64,000 nucleotides of DNA from Hamiltosporidium tvaerminnensis FI-OER-3-3 (GCA_022605425.2 JAKIMF020000004.1:682001-746000), one strand, 5' to 3'; positions 9,032 through 26,100 are shown, counted from the first letter of the stretch. Notes: a model not told the origin generated them from the letters alone. Program-made: numbers and translations.

Positions 9032-12000
9032 TATAATTTAATATTTGTTTCAAACACGTTCTTAGGGCTCTTAAATATTTCAAATCTACTAGTATTGAAA
9101 CCGAGGAATAATCTAATAAAATATTCTGCAATTTTGTATATGATCACTACCAAATTAAACTCTTCAAAGAAGAAGCAAACTTATGATTGTTTTTTTCTAA
9201 CAGAATAATTAATTATATAACACAAGAAAAATACTTTAAAACAATATATATATATAAACATTTATAAATAGATATTATACTGATCAAAAAACATAAAAAT
9301 TCGAGATCCAACATTGTGGCAATGGTTTGCTAGGGGCATGTCGATAAATAATGCCGAAAGAAAAAAAATAGAATTTAACCCAAAGAAATCAATAGAAGAG
9401 TTTTTAAAATCGAAAATACTTAAATTTTCTTAGTGGTTTTAAAGTGTATAAATGAAGCAACTAAAATCATAGTAACTTTGAATAGAATTTTAGTTAAGAA
9501 TCTTTGACTTTAAAGCAATTTTTTTATATAAACGTGCCGATTTAAATTATTATATAAAAAATTACAAAGCATTTTTAAAAAGTATCAAATTAGACAAAAA
9601 AATATAAACTATGTATATCAGCAATTAATATATAGAAAAATATTGATATTAAATATCAAAAAAGATCAATAATTTTTTTTCAAATATGGAAATTTTCAAT
9701 AAAAAACTAAATATATGTAGCAGACTTTAAAAAAGCAAAAATTTATTATTCTTTTGAAAAGAAAGAACATCGATCCTCATCTAACCCGATTAAACCATGC
9801 ACTAACAGCATTTTAAATCCAGATATTAGATTATAACACAAACTTTGCTCATCAATAAGTATTGGTGTGCGGTTAAAGATTCATAATTATCATAAAGATT
9901 TTATAATAGAAATATTTTAAGAAATTAAGGCTATATAAGTTTTGTTAACTATTTCGATTCCTTCATTTTGAATAAACATTCGGTAAAGATAAAAATTATA
10001 TCTTTCAATGATTACCTATAATTATCTTAAAATAATAAGGTCTCCCGATTTTTTTAGAAAACACGAATAAAAATAGATACGGAAATTATTTTGTTGCGCA
10101 CAACGATATACATTAGCATTTTGTTATCATTAATTTACATTTTGTGAAATATCATAAATATATTATATTGAAGTTTTTTATTATAATCGATCCGAATAGT
10201 ATATTGTATCATCTATTCACAGACTAAAATGTATATTATTAAATAAATGTTTTAATAGGCTGGTAAATCATTAAATATTCAAAAAAGAAAGTAAAATCAA
10301 TTTTTGAAATTACATCATTCTATACAATAAAAAATAAAATTACTAAATACTTTCGAAATCACGGTTAAAACCATTAAAGCACAGAGAATAGACTACAAGG
10401 AGCTTAAATGTATAATTTTCTGTAATTATACACATTTTGACTAAATATGTCTGAATATATGATTGGTAAAATCTTATTCTATATAATTCTTCATTAATAA
10501 TGGTTTTCTGGGTTACATTTTATATTATACCTTTGCCTTTATATTAGAGTATCGGAAATAATCTTAATTCGAAATTTGAATTAATAGCAAGCTATGGTTT
10601 ATTTTATTGAAATAGAATAACATTTTTAGGAATGAATTATTGGTTAATATTTAGATTAAAAGGTACTTTTTAAGTTAAAAGCAAGTTGATGCCTTTATCA
10701 ATATATAAATTCATCTAGTTTAAATCGTGAAATATAAATAAATATCCTATAGATTTCAAAATATTTAAATGATATGAGTTTGATTTTTTCTAAAAGAGAC
10801 CTAGTCGATGTAACACATCCCAAATAAAATAAATAAGAGATTTTTATGCTTGATATGAAATATTAAATAAAATTTCATACTTATTTGATAAAGTAATTAA
10901 TTAAACATTCTATATTTGAAGCTTTCTAATCTAGACTTGCCTTCTGATACTTTAAAATTGATCGTCTTAAAATTTTATGATTGGAAAAAATATAAAATGT
11001 TCAATACGAGACATCGCCAACAAAATGCGAATAAAAAAAATAATTACATTTTTCCGATATTATTTAATTAAGAACAATTTTATTTTACATCTAAGGTAAA
11101 CACGAGAATATCATCAATTCCTAGAAAAAGTATTAAACAATAACTTTAGAACCTAGATCTTATAAAATCATAAAAATGTAAGTTTTATACATTTCTCAAT
11201 AATTAAAAATAAAACCAAATCTATTTTCTATATTAGAAATATGTTACTAAAAAAATCAGCTATTTTCAAAAAACCCTAAAAAAAGTGACCAAAATTACAT
11301 AATTTATCCAATATTAAACTAACGCATCCTTAGTTCTAATAAGATAAAGAAATCATTTAAAGCCTATAATAAAGTAATTTAGAATATTTTCATATAATAA
11401 CAATTCGAAGAGGTGACATTTTAAGATCATAAACTGAATATTTTGACAGACAAGATTTAAAAGATTCAGGTAGAAAGAAATTTAAACTTTAAAACAATAT
11501 ATCAGACATTTTTTTAAAAAAAATAATAACGCATTTGTAGAGCCAAAAATTCATCATACACCTAATCCTTTAAATTATAAAACACACCAAAAGCCGTAAT
11601 TTCGCAAGAAAAACGGGATCGGGGTGAGACTATGAATTCTGTTATTTTAAAGTATTAATTTGATCTATCCCTATAGGTAGATTCTTTCAAAGAACCGAGA
11701 AGCACATTTTCTGTAATTAAAAAATAATTTAAAATAGAATTGAAAAAAATATAAAGATTCTTATATTTATAAACAGCTTTCATTTAGTTCATTTGAAAAA
11801 TTTGTTTTAGTTATTTGTGAATAAAGAAACACAACTACGAACAAACCAAATAAGTTTTTAATGCCGAAAATTAATTTTAAGGATCATAATAATGTGAAAA
11901 ACTAATTATCTATTTATTTTGTATTCTATCTAAGAAATTAGACAAGTAATTTTCATGCAGCCAAATTTGGCGTTACAAACACAATTTATAGACACATACT

Positions 12001-13716
12001 GATGTTTTTTGTGTGTGAAACACAATCCATGTGGTTTTAAAATAATATAAGCCAGAATGATATAGATTCGATAGTGTCATATAAATGCCTTTAAATACCT
12101 CGAAATATTTCGAAATACGGATTTTCTATCGAAATATACTGTTTGCAGAAAACATTATATACTATTTGTAAATATGGCACAAAAAACCAAAGACTGTTTA
12201 TTGTGTAAATTCTGATAGAGTAGCATAACCAATTAAAAGCGAAAAAAAAGTTCAATTTTTATTAGTTTGTGACCAAATTCTTAAAGATTTAACATTCGTT
12301 AAGATTCTTTATATACTTTATTCAATAAAAACAATAAAAAAAAGAATTCATGTTTTTTTTGTTTTACATCAGCTTTTTTAATTTTTCGATAAAATTTAAA
12401 CATCTTGCAATTGAAAAATTGAGATAATAGAAATTAAATTCAGCGAATTCCGTAAAATGATGAAGATATTACAAATATATAATTAACGATAAAAATAAAA
12501 GTTATGAATTATCTAATTCTTTACAAAAAAAGTATCAATATTCCAAAAACATGCAAAACTCACAGGATGTATAATAAAAATAATAGAAACAATTTAGAAG
12601 TTCCAAATATTTGTTTTTGTGTAAAGTTTTTTGATAATTTTGACTTGATCGAGAAATCTTAATAAGTTATTTTATACAAATTACACTGAAGTTATAAACT
12701 CAAATATGACATACTAGAAATATTCCCATTTCTAAAACAAAACTCATGATTTCTACCATAAAAAAAATATCATTATATCAGGGAAAGTCTGCAAATAAGT
12801 AACGGGCGATTACAAATTTATAGCAATTTATCTATTTATATAACTTTATTAATCTTATACAATACAATTTTCTCGAAGAAAAATACTTGGCTAAACCACC
12901 AGGTCATTTTTTTAGGAACGAAATTAAGTGTAACAATAAATAATATCAACTCAAAGGATATCATAACAAAAATTGATCTTATTCGGAAATTTACTTTGAT
13001 TTTTAGATTTCAAATACACATGTCTATTTTATATTGACTAGAATAAAGCCTTCCAGACATAGAAATACAGCTAAAAACCTACACCAAAAATTGTTTTATG
13101 ATTTATTTGTAAGAAAGAAAATAAAAAAGGCATAAAATAAAGAAATATGCAATGCATACTTCTATATAATAAACTAAGATTAGTATTTATAGATTCGCAA
13201 AAAAACCTACATAAAATTCCTTTACAGTTCTAAGAGTATATAAAATTGAATAGAAAGTTAGATTAATATAGAATATTGTAAACTATAGTATCAACTATCA
13301 CATTCAGAGTATTTACTAAAATGATTTTTTTTTAGAAGTTAGGTCAATTTTTTTTCTTTAAAATATTTTTATATAATTAAAACAGATAAATCGTAACTTT
13401 AAAGATGATACATATATCAGAAAAGCCTCTATAGCAATCAAACCTGGTTTAAAATGGGACATTATGCCTTTGCAGAAAAATTAAGAGACAATAGAAGCTT
13501 AAAACAAAATTAAATCTTTATAGAAAACGTGTAAATTGAGTAATTACAACTCTGACAAAAAATTCAGAAATTATAAATCTGTAAATCGAGCCTATAACAA
13601 AATTAAATAGAGTATCTTTATTATATTTTAGCAGAATAACTAATTTGCGAAATTAGATATTTTTTTCAGATTTTTTTGGATTCGTAACAGATACAAACAA
13701 TTTTTTCTGGATAACC

Positions 13717-14121
13717 GTGATTTTAGCATTTTATTTTGAGACATTTAGTTCAAAGATAATACACAGAATGTATTTTATTTTGCTAGTTATAATTATAGCC
13801 ATATGTCATGAAAAAAAATCATATCTTCAAAAAGTAGCATATGCTACAGTTTTTTACATGATATATGGGCTCATTATAGATATTACTAGGTATAATTGTG
13901 ATTACACCTATATATTTTTAAAACCTACAATACAAAGCTTTATATCTGAAAACAGTGTTAACTATTTTATTGGGCGAGTCTTATTCCCTGAATTTCTTAT
14001 GTTTGCTCACCAAAGAATGATCGCAACAGCTAACCCCTTAGATACACTCAGGACCATTAACATGCTCTGTGACGAAACTTATCGAATTGGATTAGTTTTG
14101 ATACCAATATACTTTTCATAG
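13717..14121 (+). pseudogene. Possible relic of a multi-pass membrane protein
   Basis: A 134-codon hydrophobic open frame in an otherwise stop-rich region, with a GTG start and no recognisable family motif. Confidence 0.25.
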
Positions 14122-17100
14122 TTTTTTTTGAAGTCTTATTTGGCGTTACAATGCCATAACAAACGGTATAACCTGCTATCTAGATTCTTGCTTCAAAGTG
14201 TGTCATTTTTTCAAAATCTCGATACTAATTCTCCCAACTCGGCAAATTATAGCTATGTTTAGATGTCTCTGAGAGAAAATTAGCCATGAGTTCTAGGTTT
14301 TTCTACAAGTTCTGTAACATCAAAAATAACAAACTAGCTCCTAGATCATTTTTTATATATATGACCTTTAATCTTATACAAACCCTAATGAAAATCGAAA
14401 CTAGTAGATTTTTATACTTCTCTCAAATATCAAAATATAGTTTCATAAAAATTTATCCTAATCGTTCGCCAAACTGACCTTAAAATAAAGTTACATTTTT
14501 TCCACTCCACGGAATTTATAATAGCCTCCATTAATAATTAATCTCTTTATATTTCAAGGTCGCCGAAATATTCCTCTAATAAAGATATTTTCTTGCTTTA
14601 TTCAGATATTCATTTACAAATATACGTTTCATATAGATGTCAAATTTAATTTTTGTATTTAAATTAAAATATTACGGGTTTGAGATAGTAATAATGATAT
14701 TTATGCTATTCTATTTAGGATTTACAAGTTATGGAAAAAATGCTTTTCTTTTATATATGATCAAATGTAAGTAATTAAATAAAATTCAAACATTTCTTTG
14801 CAAGTATATTGCTATTCAATTTTTTAGAGGAATAAAATGCAATTGATTTTCGATGAGATTTTTATGCTTGAAAAAATTCAGATCCGGTTCACAAAAACCT
14901 TGATAATGTAAATCGTTATCAAAAACAAAAAAAAGGTTTTAATATGTCTTTAATGTAAATTCAATTAAAAGCAATTTAAATATTCGCAAGATTGGCTTTT
15001 TTTTATTTAAAAAAAGACAAATGATTGAATTTAATATATAGAAAAACAATAATATATTGGCAATTTATTTGCTAAGTGAATTTCCGATGAAGAAACGCGA
15101 CTAGAAATTTTATAAAGATACTTGCAGTATAAAAAAGAACGTACGTATTTTTACTAATATGTCACAGGACTGTTTCAATAAACAATTTTTACTCTAACTG
15201 AATTTATCGCAAAAAAGTTTACAATAACCAACTATTCTTAAAGTATTAATTAAAATATATGATATAGAATACTCTATATTTTTTAAAATTGAATCATTTA
15301 TTTTAAATTAATAAAAGCCAACTGAATTCCACAATCAGAAAGTTTTTCAAAATAATTATACAAGGTTTTTTTATTTTTAATTATTTGGTTCCTTAACAGT
15401 ATCAAAACGACACGACTATATCTAGTATTTATATCGAGAAAATTTACTTGGGCGGCATAAAAATTCATACAAAAATATTCTAAGAGAATATCAAACACCT
15501 CGTTCTATTTGATAAGGTTATGGATAAAAAAACACAGTTTATAAAATAATTTCTTTACATTTTCCGTAACAAAAAACGAAAAAACAAATCAATTTTCAAA
15601 TAAAATTTATAAAGCATATTTCATTTTCTTTCTATTTTCATTATTTAGATTTTTTAAAATTAAAGACTAAGAAAATTTTTTATCTACTGAATCATACATG
15701 CAATGATTATATTTAAAGAATAAATTTTTCAAAACGAAAAATAAAAAACTATGAAAACAGTTACAAGTTCTAAAGTTAATAAAAAAAGACATATATAAAA
15801 TTTTTGAATTGATGAAAAAACAAAGTTAGCATTTTCATATCGACGTCAACAATAGGATATTTGGTTGAATGCTCGTATTACTTTACAAAACAGTGAAATG
15901 GTAGGTAAAAAATCAAAATCATACGAAAATATTTTAAATATTTGTTAAAAAATGCATTTGACTTTGGCTACAAATTATGTTTTTACAGAAAGAACGTATT
16001 ACTAGTAGTAAGTTTTGTATTTAACAGCAATGCACAGTGTATTCCGGAGTCTGTAGCCTTACAGTTAAAAAACGAAAAAACATCGGATATATTAACACGT
16101 TAATTAATATTCCATTAAATTTAATTGTCCTTATATTAAATTCCTAAGAAGTAATGTGTGAGTAAATATACAGATTCTAAAGAAAAACAGTGCATTTCCA
16201 ATCTTAAACAAGCAAAAAAAGCGCAGTTTAATATGATATATGTACTATTATTCGCGGAACTGGTTGTATTTCGCCCAATGCCCAATTTTATTTTGTATAT
16301 GGCAATATTATTCAAAAATCTTAAGAAGTTTTTGCGGTTGGATCTCCAATATAGATAAGAGTCAACATGGTTTTTAAAAATACAAATTTATATTAACATG
16401 AAATGTATTGGAAGATCTACCCAGAAATTAAAAGCGGGTAAATCACATAAAGAATATCTTTAGAATTAAAAGACTAAAATTTATTAGTTCATAAATATAC
16501 AGCTAATTTAATTTTATTTAAAACTTTAATAGTATTCTCTATAAGTTATCTAAAAAATTAATGAGCATATTGAAACAAAAAAGAAAGAAATAGCTTGTAT
16601 CATAATACGATATTCGTAAAATTTATAAAAAACCTAACATAAATTCTTAGAATTGTTTTAATGCGACCCCAATTAATTTATTTAGTTTTTTAGTGAAAAA
16701 TCAGGGTTTAATTCCACTATATAAAATGAAAATTTTTCAGTAACATATATTTGTATTTTTTATTTCGGTTTATTTAAGATTTGAATATAAATTTTTCTAA
16801 CATATAATTTATTTATTTAGGCACATATAATATTTTCTAAATGATGTGAACCCCTCACAAATGTAATGCTAATACTAATACAAGCATTTCTATAGGATAT
16901 CTGATCATAATGTGATTTTTTAAGGTTTAATTATTCCATGTTGGTATAAAAAGCCAAAATAGCAAATTTACTAAGAAGTAGAACCTAGAAATAATATCCA
17001 AAAGACTAGTTCACTTCTATCACTGTTTTTGGATTCGAATTTTTTCAGTTCGCCTATAACCGACAGCCTCAAAAGTCAAAAAAATAAATGCTACATACAA

Positions 17101-20100
17101 TGGCAAAGCTTTTATTAACCTTCAGGGTGTTCTGATCCAGAAGAAAACAGGCAAGATAACGCAAGATCTCTCGAACCCCTAAAAGCTTAGATTATTCCTA
17201 AAACAAAACTTTTAAGCATTGCCAGAATTGTATGCCTCGCTTTGTTTTTATAGTAACATTCCAATCAATCTAAGATTCTAAGAATATTATAGCCGCTTAA
17301 GGATATACTATATTAGGAACAAGATTTTATCAACCAGAAAACAATTTATTATTCTTTATAGAAAGAATATTCGCACAAAAAAGTTTATGAACTAGCTTCG
17401 CAAGAAAAAACCTCCAACCACAAAGACAAACGTTCAAATTGTGTCAATCGAATATAAAAGTGCAACGATATAGATTTTATTTAAGGTTTATTTTTGGAAA
17501 ATTTTGTATTTTCTCCAATATCGATTTGAATATACGATAATAGTTATACTCATAATATACCCAAGTAGTTTTGATAATATGGTCTTGTTATACATTTTCT
17601 ATTTTTACTCCCAGCTGCGCTTATAGAAATTTTCAAAGGATAAGAATAAAGTTGTAAATCAAAATTCAAATATATCTTAACAATATCATGCAAAGTACTT
17701 TTTTAACTGGCAAAGTTTTGCGAGGCAGAAACATTTTGAGTTGTCAAATAAATCCGATAAAATAAAATCTAATAAGTTTTCATTAAAATATAAAGTGATT
17801 AACTATAAATTTTTTTTATTAAAATTTAATTTGCTAAGCTCACTTAATATATTTAAATTAAAAGGTTATAGAGGCTGATATAATTTTTACTAAATAAGTT
17901 ATATTCATCTTTGCAATAAAATATTTTATGAGTATGACTAGACTATATCTCGTTTTGCTTTTTCTGAATAAAATTTGCAAATTAACGAATGCTTTACAGA
18001 TTAAATAATATTAGATCAAATTATAGCCTGAAATATTTGTTTTGAAGAAATGTTTTATTTAGATACTAAGATATAAAAAATTTGCTTATAAATTTAAGGA
18101 TTCGTGGTTTTGAAATCATTTACAGCCCGGCAATTTTACTCAAATTTTAATTATAATTTGATTTTTACTTGATAGCTTAAGCCGGTGAGAATCAGAAAGA
18201 AGGACTCTGTAAAGTTATCTTTATTCTGTCATAGCTTATGCAAGCTTAGTGGAAAAGTCTTTTTAGTTTAATAGCTGAAATGCCATAACCAAAAATATAG
18301 AAAAAGAGTGAGTAAGAAATTGTATATGATACAAAGTGACCATTAATTTTGATTGTCGAGAGTCAAGAACTTTAGGAATACTTGTATTTTTGCACTATAT
18401 ATAACTCTACCATCGATTAACAGTAGTTCTAATTTTATTCAAACGCTTCAATTCAAATTATTTAAAATAATAGATTTTAAAATACCTTTATTTTTGCTTT
18501 AACTGATTTTGAAATATTTATAAAAGTAAAAATACAAATTTTTTTAGTAACAATAGTAATTATATTGTGCACACATGTAGATTATTTTTTATTTAATATA
18601 GCAGATAAAAGATAGATAAATGTAATATCATTATAATTCAAATAAAATATGAGTTTATTTTTTTATTAAAGAGAAAAGTAATCTTAAGAATTTTTCAGAT
18701 TTCTAAATCATATTTACCTAATTGCAGAGATAGTCGAGATTGCTTTATATAATTTTAACTCGGTGTTTTACACAATGTATAAATATGAAAAAAAAATATT
18801 CTTCTAAATAAAGCCTTCATACTTAAGAACTGAAAAAAATGAATTGTATAATTTAATTTTTTCGCACTGTGAATTTCCTACGATATGTCCTAGAAGATAA
18901 TGTAACGAAATTTAAATATTATTCTAAAAACATTCTGAAAATGCTTCTTATTAAACCTATAGATCTGAAAATTCGACCGTATTCTAGGCTAATTCATTTC
19001 ATATATTAGATAAAACATAATTCAATATATAATTAAACGCTACTATAAGCAATTTATAATTCTAAAACATGGAGTCATTGATATGTTAGAATCTAATTCA
19101 CAAAATATTTTATGTTTTATTTTTATAAATTTATAGTAGCACTGTAATATTGATGTTTATTTACTTGTATAGCATTAAAAGTAGACTTCCATATTTAAGC
19201 TAAAGTAATAATTTTAGTTAGTATCAAAATAATAGGCTTAATTATAGTATACAAAATAAAATTATTTCATTCTAGAAATTAAATTTAATATCTTAAGGAA
19301 TTTTTTTTGCAAAGTTTAATCTGAATACATTTGCAAATTATTAATCGTCAATATTCAAATTATTTAGCAATTTTTTCTTTATATGCTTGACAAAAAAATA
19401 TTTCAGAATTATAAGAATCCAAATTTCATATATATGACTGACAAGGAACACAAATATAAATATTTATTACTTTACTTGCATATTATTTGTGTAAAAAAAT
19501 ATTTATAAGGCCTCACATTGTGTAAATTTATAAATAGTGTTGTATAACACAAAATCATAGCAATAGATTCTTATTAGGCTATATATATCTATTTGCCGAT
19601 CTTTTAACCATAAAATCAGATTTATTGCATTTAAAACTATCAAAGCGCCTCGATTTAAGAAATACTATATTAAATTAAATTTAATAAAAATCCGTATGAT
19701 TTATAAACGAACAACAGTTTATATTTAACTATATTACCTGCAATTTATCTCTAATATTGTAATTAGCTCTAAATACGGCATAAAATTTACTAAAAAAAAT
19801 ATGTTATTACAAGACAAAAAAGTTTACATATTCTGAAATTGCCAATTAAAGATATGTTCCTGGCAAATGGTGAAGGAAGAATAGCCATATTAAAAACTTT
19901 CTGGTTGGGAATGACTGTGTACATTTCGTATTAAAACCGTCTATACCATTGAGTTTGGATAGAAACAACACTCGATCCATATCAATCACCTATAATCCAG
20001 AGCTATGACTGATTTAAAGAAACAAATGAATAACGTTCTTCATATTAATGACACAGAGACGTAAAAGAGAAACGGAATAAGTATGTAAATATTCCGAATA

Positions 20101-23100
20101 TTTAATCAAAAGATATTTTATACTTTTAAAAATTTATTTCTTTACTATTTGTCAATTATAAATCAAAATATTATTATAAAAATAATACATTTGATATTAA
20201 AAACAAATTGCTGATATTAATATCATCCTAGCAAATTGCTGAAAAATGAAGTACTTGGAATTTGCTTATAAACTCTTTTTCAAAACATGAATAGACGAAT
20301 TCTTACAATTCATATTCAAAATTAATACAACCAAAATTCTTAGGTTTAGGCTGAATCTAAATTTATTAATAAATCACTGCTACGAATCGTAAAAAACCAA
20401 GCTCTCGTAGTATGACCTAACATGATATAAAAAAAGTTTTTATTTGACCAAACATCAAAGTTGAATATAAATTACAATTTTTAATATTAATATAATAATT
20501 CCAAAATGTTTTGTCCGAAAAATTTTTATTAAACATATATGTTGCATTCATATACATTTTCACTAAAACATTGCAATTACATAAATTGGTTCCTTTTTTT
20601 TATAAATGCGAAGATCATGTAAACTTACACGTGCAATTCTATGCGATTGAAAATTAAACATCGCTAATACTTAAAAGTTTAATGTCGTATTAATATAAAA
20701 TTTCAAAGTATTTTACGATTATCTTATAAAGATATAACCATATTAGGTTTATTTTCAATAAAAAACCTTTGAAACTTTTTTTGTTTTTTAATCAAATGAC
20801 TTGAATTTAGATGTTTAAAAAAACGTTTTGCTATTCTAAATAAATTATTATTTATACGGTGGTATTTTGTACGAAAATTCCCCACTTCTAATTTAATCTT
20901 AGCTTTCCAAAAAACACTTAAGTACTTATTAAAGACATAAATTCTATTACTTGCGCTAGAAAAAAAATATGTAATTATTTAAAATGTTATGTTTCATTCC
21001 CTGAGTGTTTAATTTGGGCTCAAAAACGTTATTACGTTTGAAAATTTTATTTTTTAAAATATATTATTTTATTCATATCCTTCAGTAGTACGGTCTAATA
21101 CGATGCTCTTCTCCAAAATTGTTCGAACAAAGCGTCAAGCAACATACATATTTTTAAAAGGTTTTATTTAAAATCTTATAACAAAACATGCGAATAGATT
21201 TTTTGATATAAAACTATAACATAAGGGTATTAAATTGCTATTTGTAAGCCAGAAAATAAAGATTCGTAAATCTAATTATTTTATTTTTTATTTTTATAAA
21301 ATTACATAGAAAGCTTATAATATAGCATTTTATTTCATGTTTTGTAATTGTTTCTAGGTTAAATATTCTAAAAGAACTTTAAGCGAGAAAATTCAGAGGA
21401 GAGATTTTAGAGTTTTATTTCTATCTAAAAAAATAAAAACACGGTTTTTAAACTTAGATTAAAAATTTGAATAGAACTATGTGCGATAACATATGCAAAC
21501 ATTCTAATTTTTAATGTAAACCGTAACTTTTTGAATATATTCTGATAAGTATAAAAATATGAGTATAGTCCCAGTTTTATATAATCAAAGTTGTTGGATC
21601 ATTGCATGTTTTTTTATTCAATCTTATAATATCTGATTATAAAATTTATGTTTCAAAAGTTTTCCAATATATAAATTTCGGGTTTTATCTAAAGATTTAA
21701 AAATTTTCCTTTGAAAGAAATCTTATTTTTGAGATATATAATCCCTAAGAATATTTCTTTTCTAGCGTTTCTGCAAACTGTAACCATTCAAAACTTTTTA
21801 GAATGTTATTAGATAACTAGAAAATGAACATCTGTAATGAAGAGAATAAATTAAAATTACTTATATTTTTATTTATAAATATACATGGTATAAAACTATT
21901 CTCAGCACTGTTCAACAAAATTTTACGATATTTAATAGAGACTCTAAATTATACGTTATTAAACATTCTAGAATTGCGTCTGGGACAATATCTTATAATA
22001 AATTATGGATTCCACGTTTAAACATTTAACAACAAATTTTAGGTTTTTAACTAAATCATTTATAATTTTATCTAACTTCAAATTGATATAAAAGAATCAA
22101 AATTGAAAGTAAAACAGTTAATTTACTTCTTACTACACAGGAAAGCTCTTAATAGCAAGAATAAAACCAAAACCTAATAATAGATCGTCAACTTTTAAGA
22201 AGCGTAATATGGCTCATAGAAATAATTATGAATCTCTCGAAAATTGTTCATTGTCCTTTCAAAAATTTACATACGAATATTTAAATAATATAAATATTAC
22301 CTGGATTATAAAGCGCTGGAAATTTTTGAAATTACGCAAATCCATAAAATTTTAATTTATTTGATTTGAAACAAATTCATGGTATTTTATTGGGTTATAC
22401 TTTTACGCTTTCTAAAAGATAAGAAAAGTTTAAATTATACTTATTTTAATTAGATATACTTTAAAATATATATACTTTTTGAAAGATTTATCCTAACTAA
22501 AAATGTAAGCGCATATTGTAAATATTTAGCAAGTATAAACAAACGGCTTATTTAGAGATTTAGGATATTGAGACAAAGTCAGGCAATCATATAATTCTTT
22601 GCATTTTTACAAAACGTGTGCAACAATTCGACAAAATCTTAGAATATTCAAGTTTTTTTATGAAAAAAAAGTGTTTCGTTTTTTCTTCTGACTGGCGGTT
22701 TTCATATAGCGTATTATAAAAGAGATGAATAATAAATTCAATACAAGAGGTTTATGTATAAACTCAAGAGTACTAATTTTAGTATTTTTTAACCATTTCA
22801 AGTAAAAAATCAACAGAATAATTTTTTTTAATTTATAGTCTTCTATTGCAAAAAATTCATGTAGAACTTAAAGTTCTTTAATAGTCTAATTCTATAATCA
22901 TTACATAAAAATTAAAGCCGAGTTAGTATACTAAGAATCTCTGGCAAATATTCTATATGAATGTTTTATTGAAAGTAAAACGTTTTTGTAGTGCAATACG
23001 CCAAAAATATATGAATTATCAATAAGACTTTAGTTTATTATATAATAAGACATATATAACAAATTTAAACCAATTATTGCTAGCAAATAGCCAATTTTTT

Positions 23101-26100
23101 TCATTTTGCGCAAAGAATATTCTAGAGTTTTTTTATAACGATACGAAAAACAATTCCTATAAAACCTATTACACAATTTTTCGAAATCGAAGGGTGTTTA
23201 ATATTTATATACGACTCAAGTCAGTAGATACGAAATCCACTAACGGATGGTTAGCATTCTATATTAAAATAGAAATAAAGTCAGCTTTTGGCAGTTTTGT
23301 TATAAAATATTATAGTACTAGAAATATCTTTGGATGACCTTGCCATTTTTATACCATGATTTGTTCATTATAAAGAGATTCTTATATGCAAAAAAAAAGG
23401 TTTTTCGAATGATATTTTATGCCACAATCCAAGTGCCAGAACAAATTCTTGTTTCATTGAAATGACATGATCGCCTTTTTTCCATGTTTAAGGGATTAAA
23501 GTGCTTTGAAATTATGAAGTAGAAATATATCTGTATAATATAGCACTTTTAATAACCCAGTTCGGTCTTAAAAACTTTTTTTTGGTTCCTACTAACTCGC
23601 AAAATTTAACATAAATTCATTATGAATGGTACACCTGGACTAGTTTTTATAGTATGAAAATAAGTCAATACTTAAAGCTATAATCAAAGCGATATGTTCA
23701 ATTACATGACGCACGTTTTTGTAACTTAAAATGCCTAATAAATTAAAGCCTCGCGAAAGATAAACAAAATGATTCCATTTTTATAACATGAATTAATAAG
23801 TATTCTATTCATTTAATCAGCCAAGTTTTATAAAACGCTCAAAATATTTGGAACTTATAAATCAAAAACTGGCTAGAAAATGCTATATTAGCTTATTTTA
23901 TACTTCGTTGTAAATTTAAAATGTTTTTAGCTTAGTTAATATTTAATTTCAAATTTATACAGTTGCTAATAAAAAATCAATCATGCGATATTATTTTTGC
24001 ATTGTTTAAAATATACTATATACAGTTTGTTAGATTAAGAAAATAGGTAGGGTTTTATTTCTCAAAGGCTTTCATACCTTTGCTTTAGTGCTCGACATAG
24101 TGTTAATACATTATTAACTAATATTTTGAAGGAGCGGAGTAATAATCTTGATCAGCAGATAGACAGCCCAATTTTTTTCTTATTAGCAATGTATACTTCA
24201 GAAGAGAAAATGATATTTGGCGGAATAATAAGGTAATGAATAAATTTATTTTCTTGTGGTACAAACATTCTATGCATTTATTGCATCAATAAAGCATCTC
24301 ATTGAAATACGGTTAATCTGAATCTATAAGACATTTATAATTAATGGTATTCGAAATGTTTGCTTAAAGAAACGTGCTTTCAACATTTAATGAAAACCCA
24401 TCTAATTATCAGTTATCATCTAAATTGTTTTATAGGCGGCAAAAAAATCTATTTTGAATATAAGATTATATAAAAGTATTTTTACTTAATAGCTTTCTTG
24501 CAAAAAACCAAGAATAAAAAATTTTGTATTTTGTTTTATTATCATTGTAATTGGGCATAAGTTAAGATCTTTTATAAATTTTGAAAAATTAATGCTTACG
24601 AAAAATAATATAAAAGAATAAAATAGAACTCAATACTAGATAATTTTTTATCATTCGCTTTTTCTTTTTTTGAGGTAATAAGGATAGAAGGCATTTTCTT
24701 CTAATTCATTATTGGTTTCATTCCTTAAATAATTTTAATAAAGTCTTCAAAATTTTGATTTGGCAGCGTTTGTAATTTAGTGGCACAACCAGTAAAAAAG
24801 GCAGGGGTTTGAATTCAAATATATCTATAAAACATAAAATTACAAAAAATTTGGCATATGAAAGCATAAAGATACCTGATGTAAGTAAGCTGTTTTTTTT
24901 TAGAATTGTCGTTATCGATAAATTAATATATCTTCAAAGGAAGCAATTTGTATTGTCCAATAAAGAATCGATATAGCAAACGAATTTTTTATAGTTTGCG
25001 GGCAATTTAACCATATTTACTGGTTAAAGCCTATCCTATTCATCTATACCGAAGAAATATTAATACATTCAAATGCCCGTACACAACAAACAATATAATT
25101 ATTTCTAAGAAAATCTTTGCTTTTAATTACAATCCATATCTTCGTTAATACAGTATTCATAAGATTATTTCAACCCAAAGAATTTTTTAATATTTCTTTT
25201 TGGGAATATAATTTTAGAAACAAATAATAGGCTACCTCAAATATTGCAACCATTTTAAAGTATTTTAACTATATTTCAAATCTATAAAAGAAAAAAAAAT
25301 GGAAATTTTACATATTAAGATGGGAGTGTTTCTAGAAACCCGAAAATAAATTATAAGTTTTGATGAATTTTTGTCTTGTGTATTTTAACAATTCACTGTT
25401 TGTTTTATGTAAAACCTTTATTCATATTTGAGTTTAGTGTGAAAATAGTTTTCGCAACAATTCGATTATTCTTCTTCATGCTTTGCGCTATTATCAATCA
25501 ATATATTGATAATATATTTTTATGTAGTGATGATGAAATCGAAACCGAAATTCTTTCATTTGAAAAGTCTTAATGAGAGTACTATATTTTATGGATGGAT
25601 TTGTTATATGTCCAACTGTTCCAATATTTATAAATCCTAAAAGATGGTAAAATTTTTCCTGTTAAATTTGTAGCACAAGAATTTTATGTCTATAACAAAG
25701 CGCTATCTCACAAAAGAACCAAAAAATCACAAAAATAAGTAAAATTTTAATCTATATATATATAAGAACATATTAGATATCTTATTGCTAGAATTAATTT
25801 CAAAGAATTAAGTTTTTATATTAGGTTGTAGAAATCAATTATAAAATGAGGTGAAAAGGAATGACAAAAGAACATGGCAAAAAAATATTGAAATATTTTA
25901 GCGCAAAAACTAACATTCCAGCATTAAAATGATATTGTAAATTGGATTAAATAGAGAAGATTATCACCTATTCATAGGATTTTATTTTTAAAAAGTCGTA
26001 GAAATTTCATGAATTTTTAAACAAGAATTTGATGGGGTTTTGAATAATTATAAATATATGTTAATAATATACTTTTTATAAAAATAAATTACTTTATATC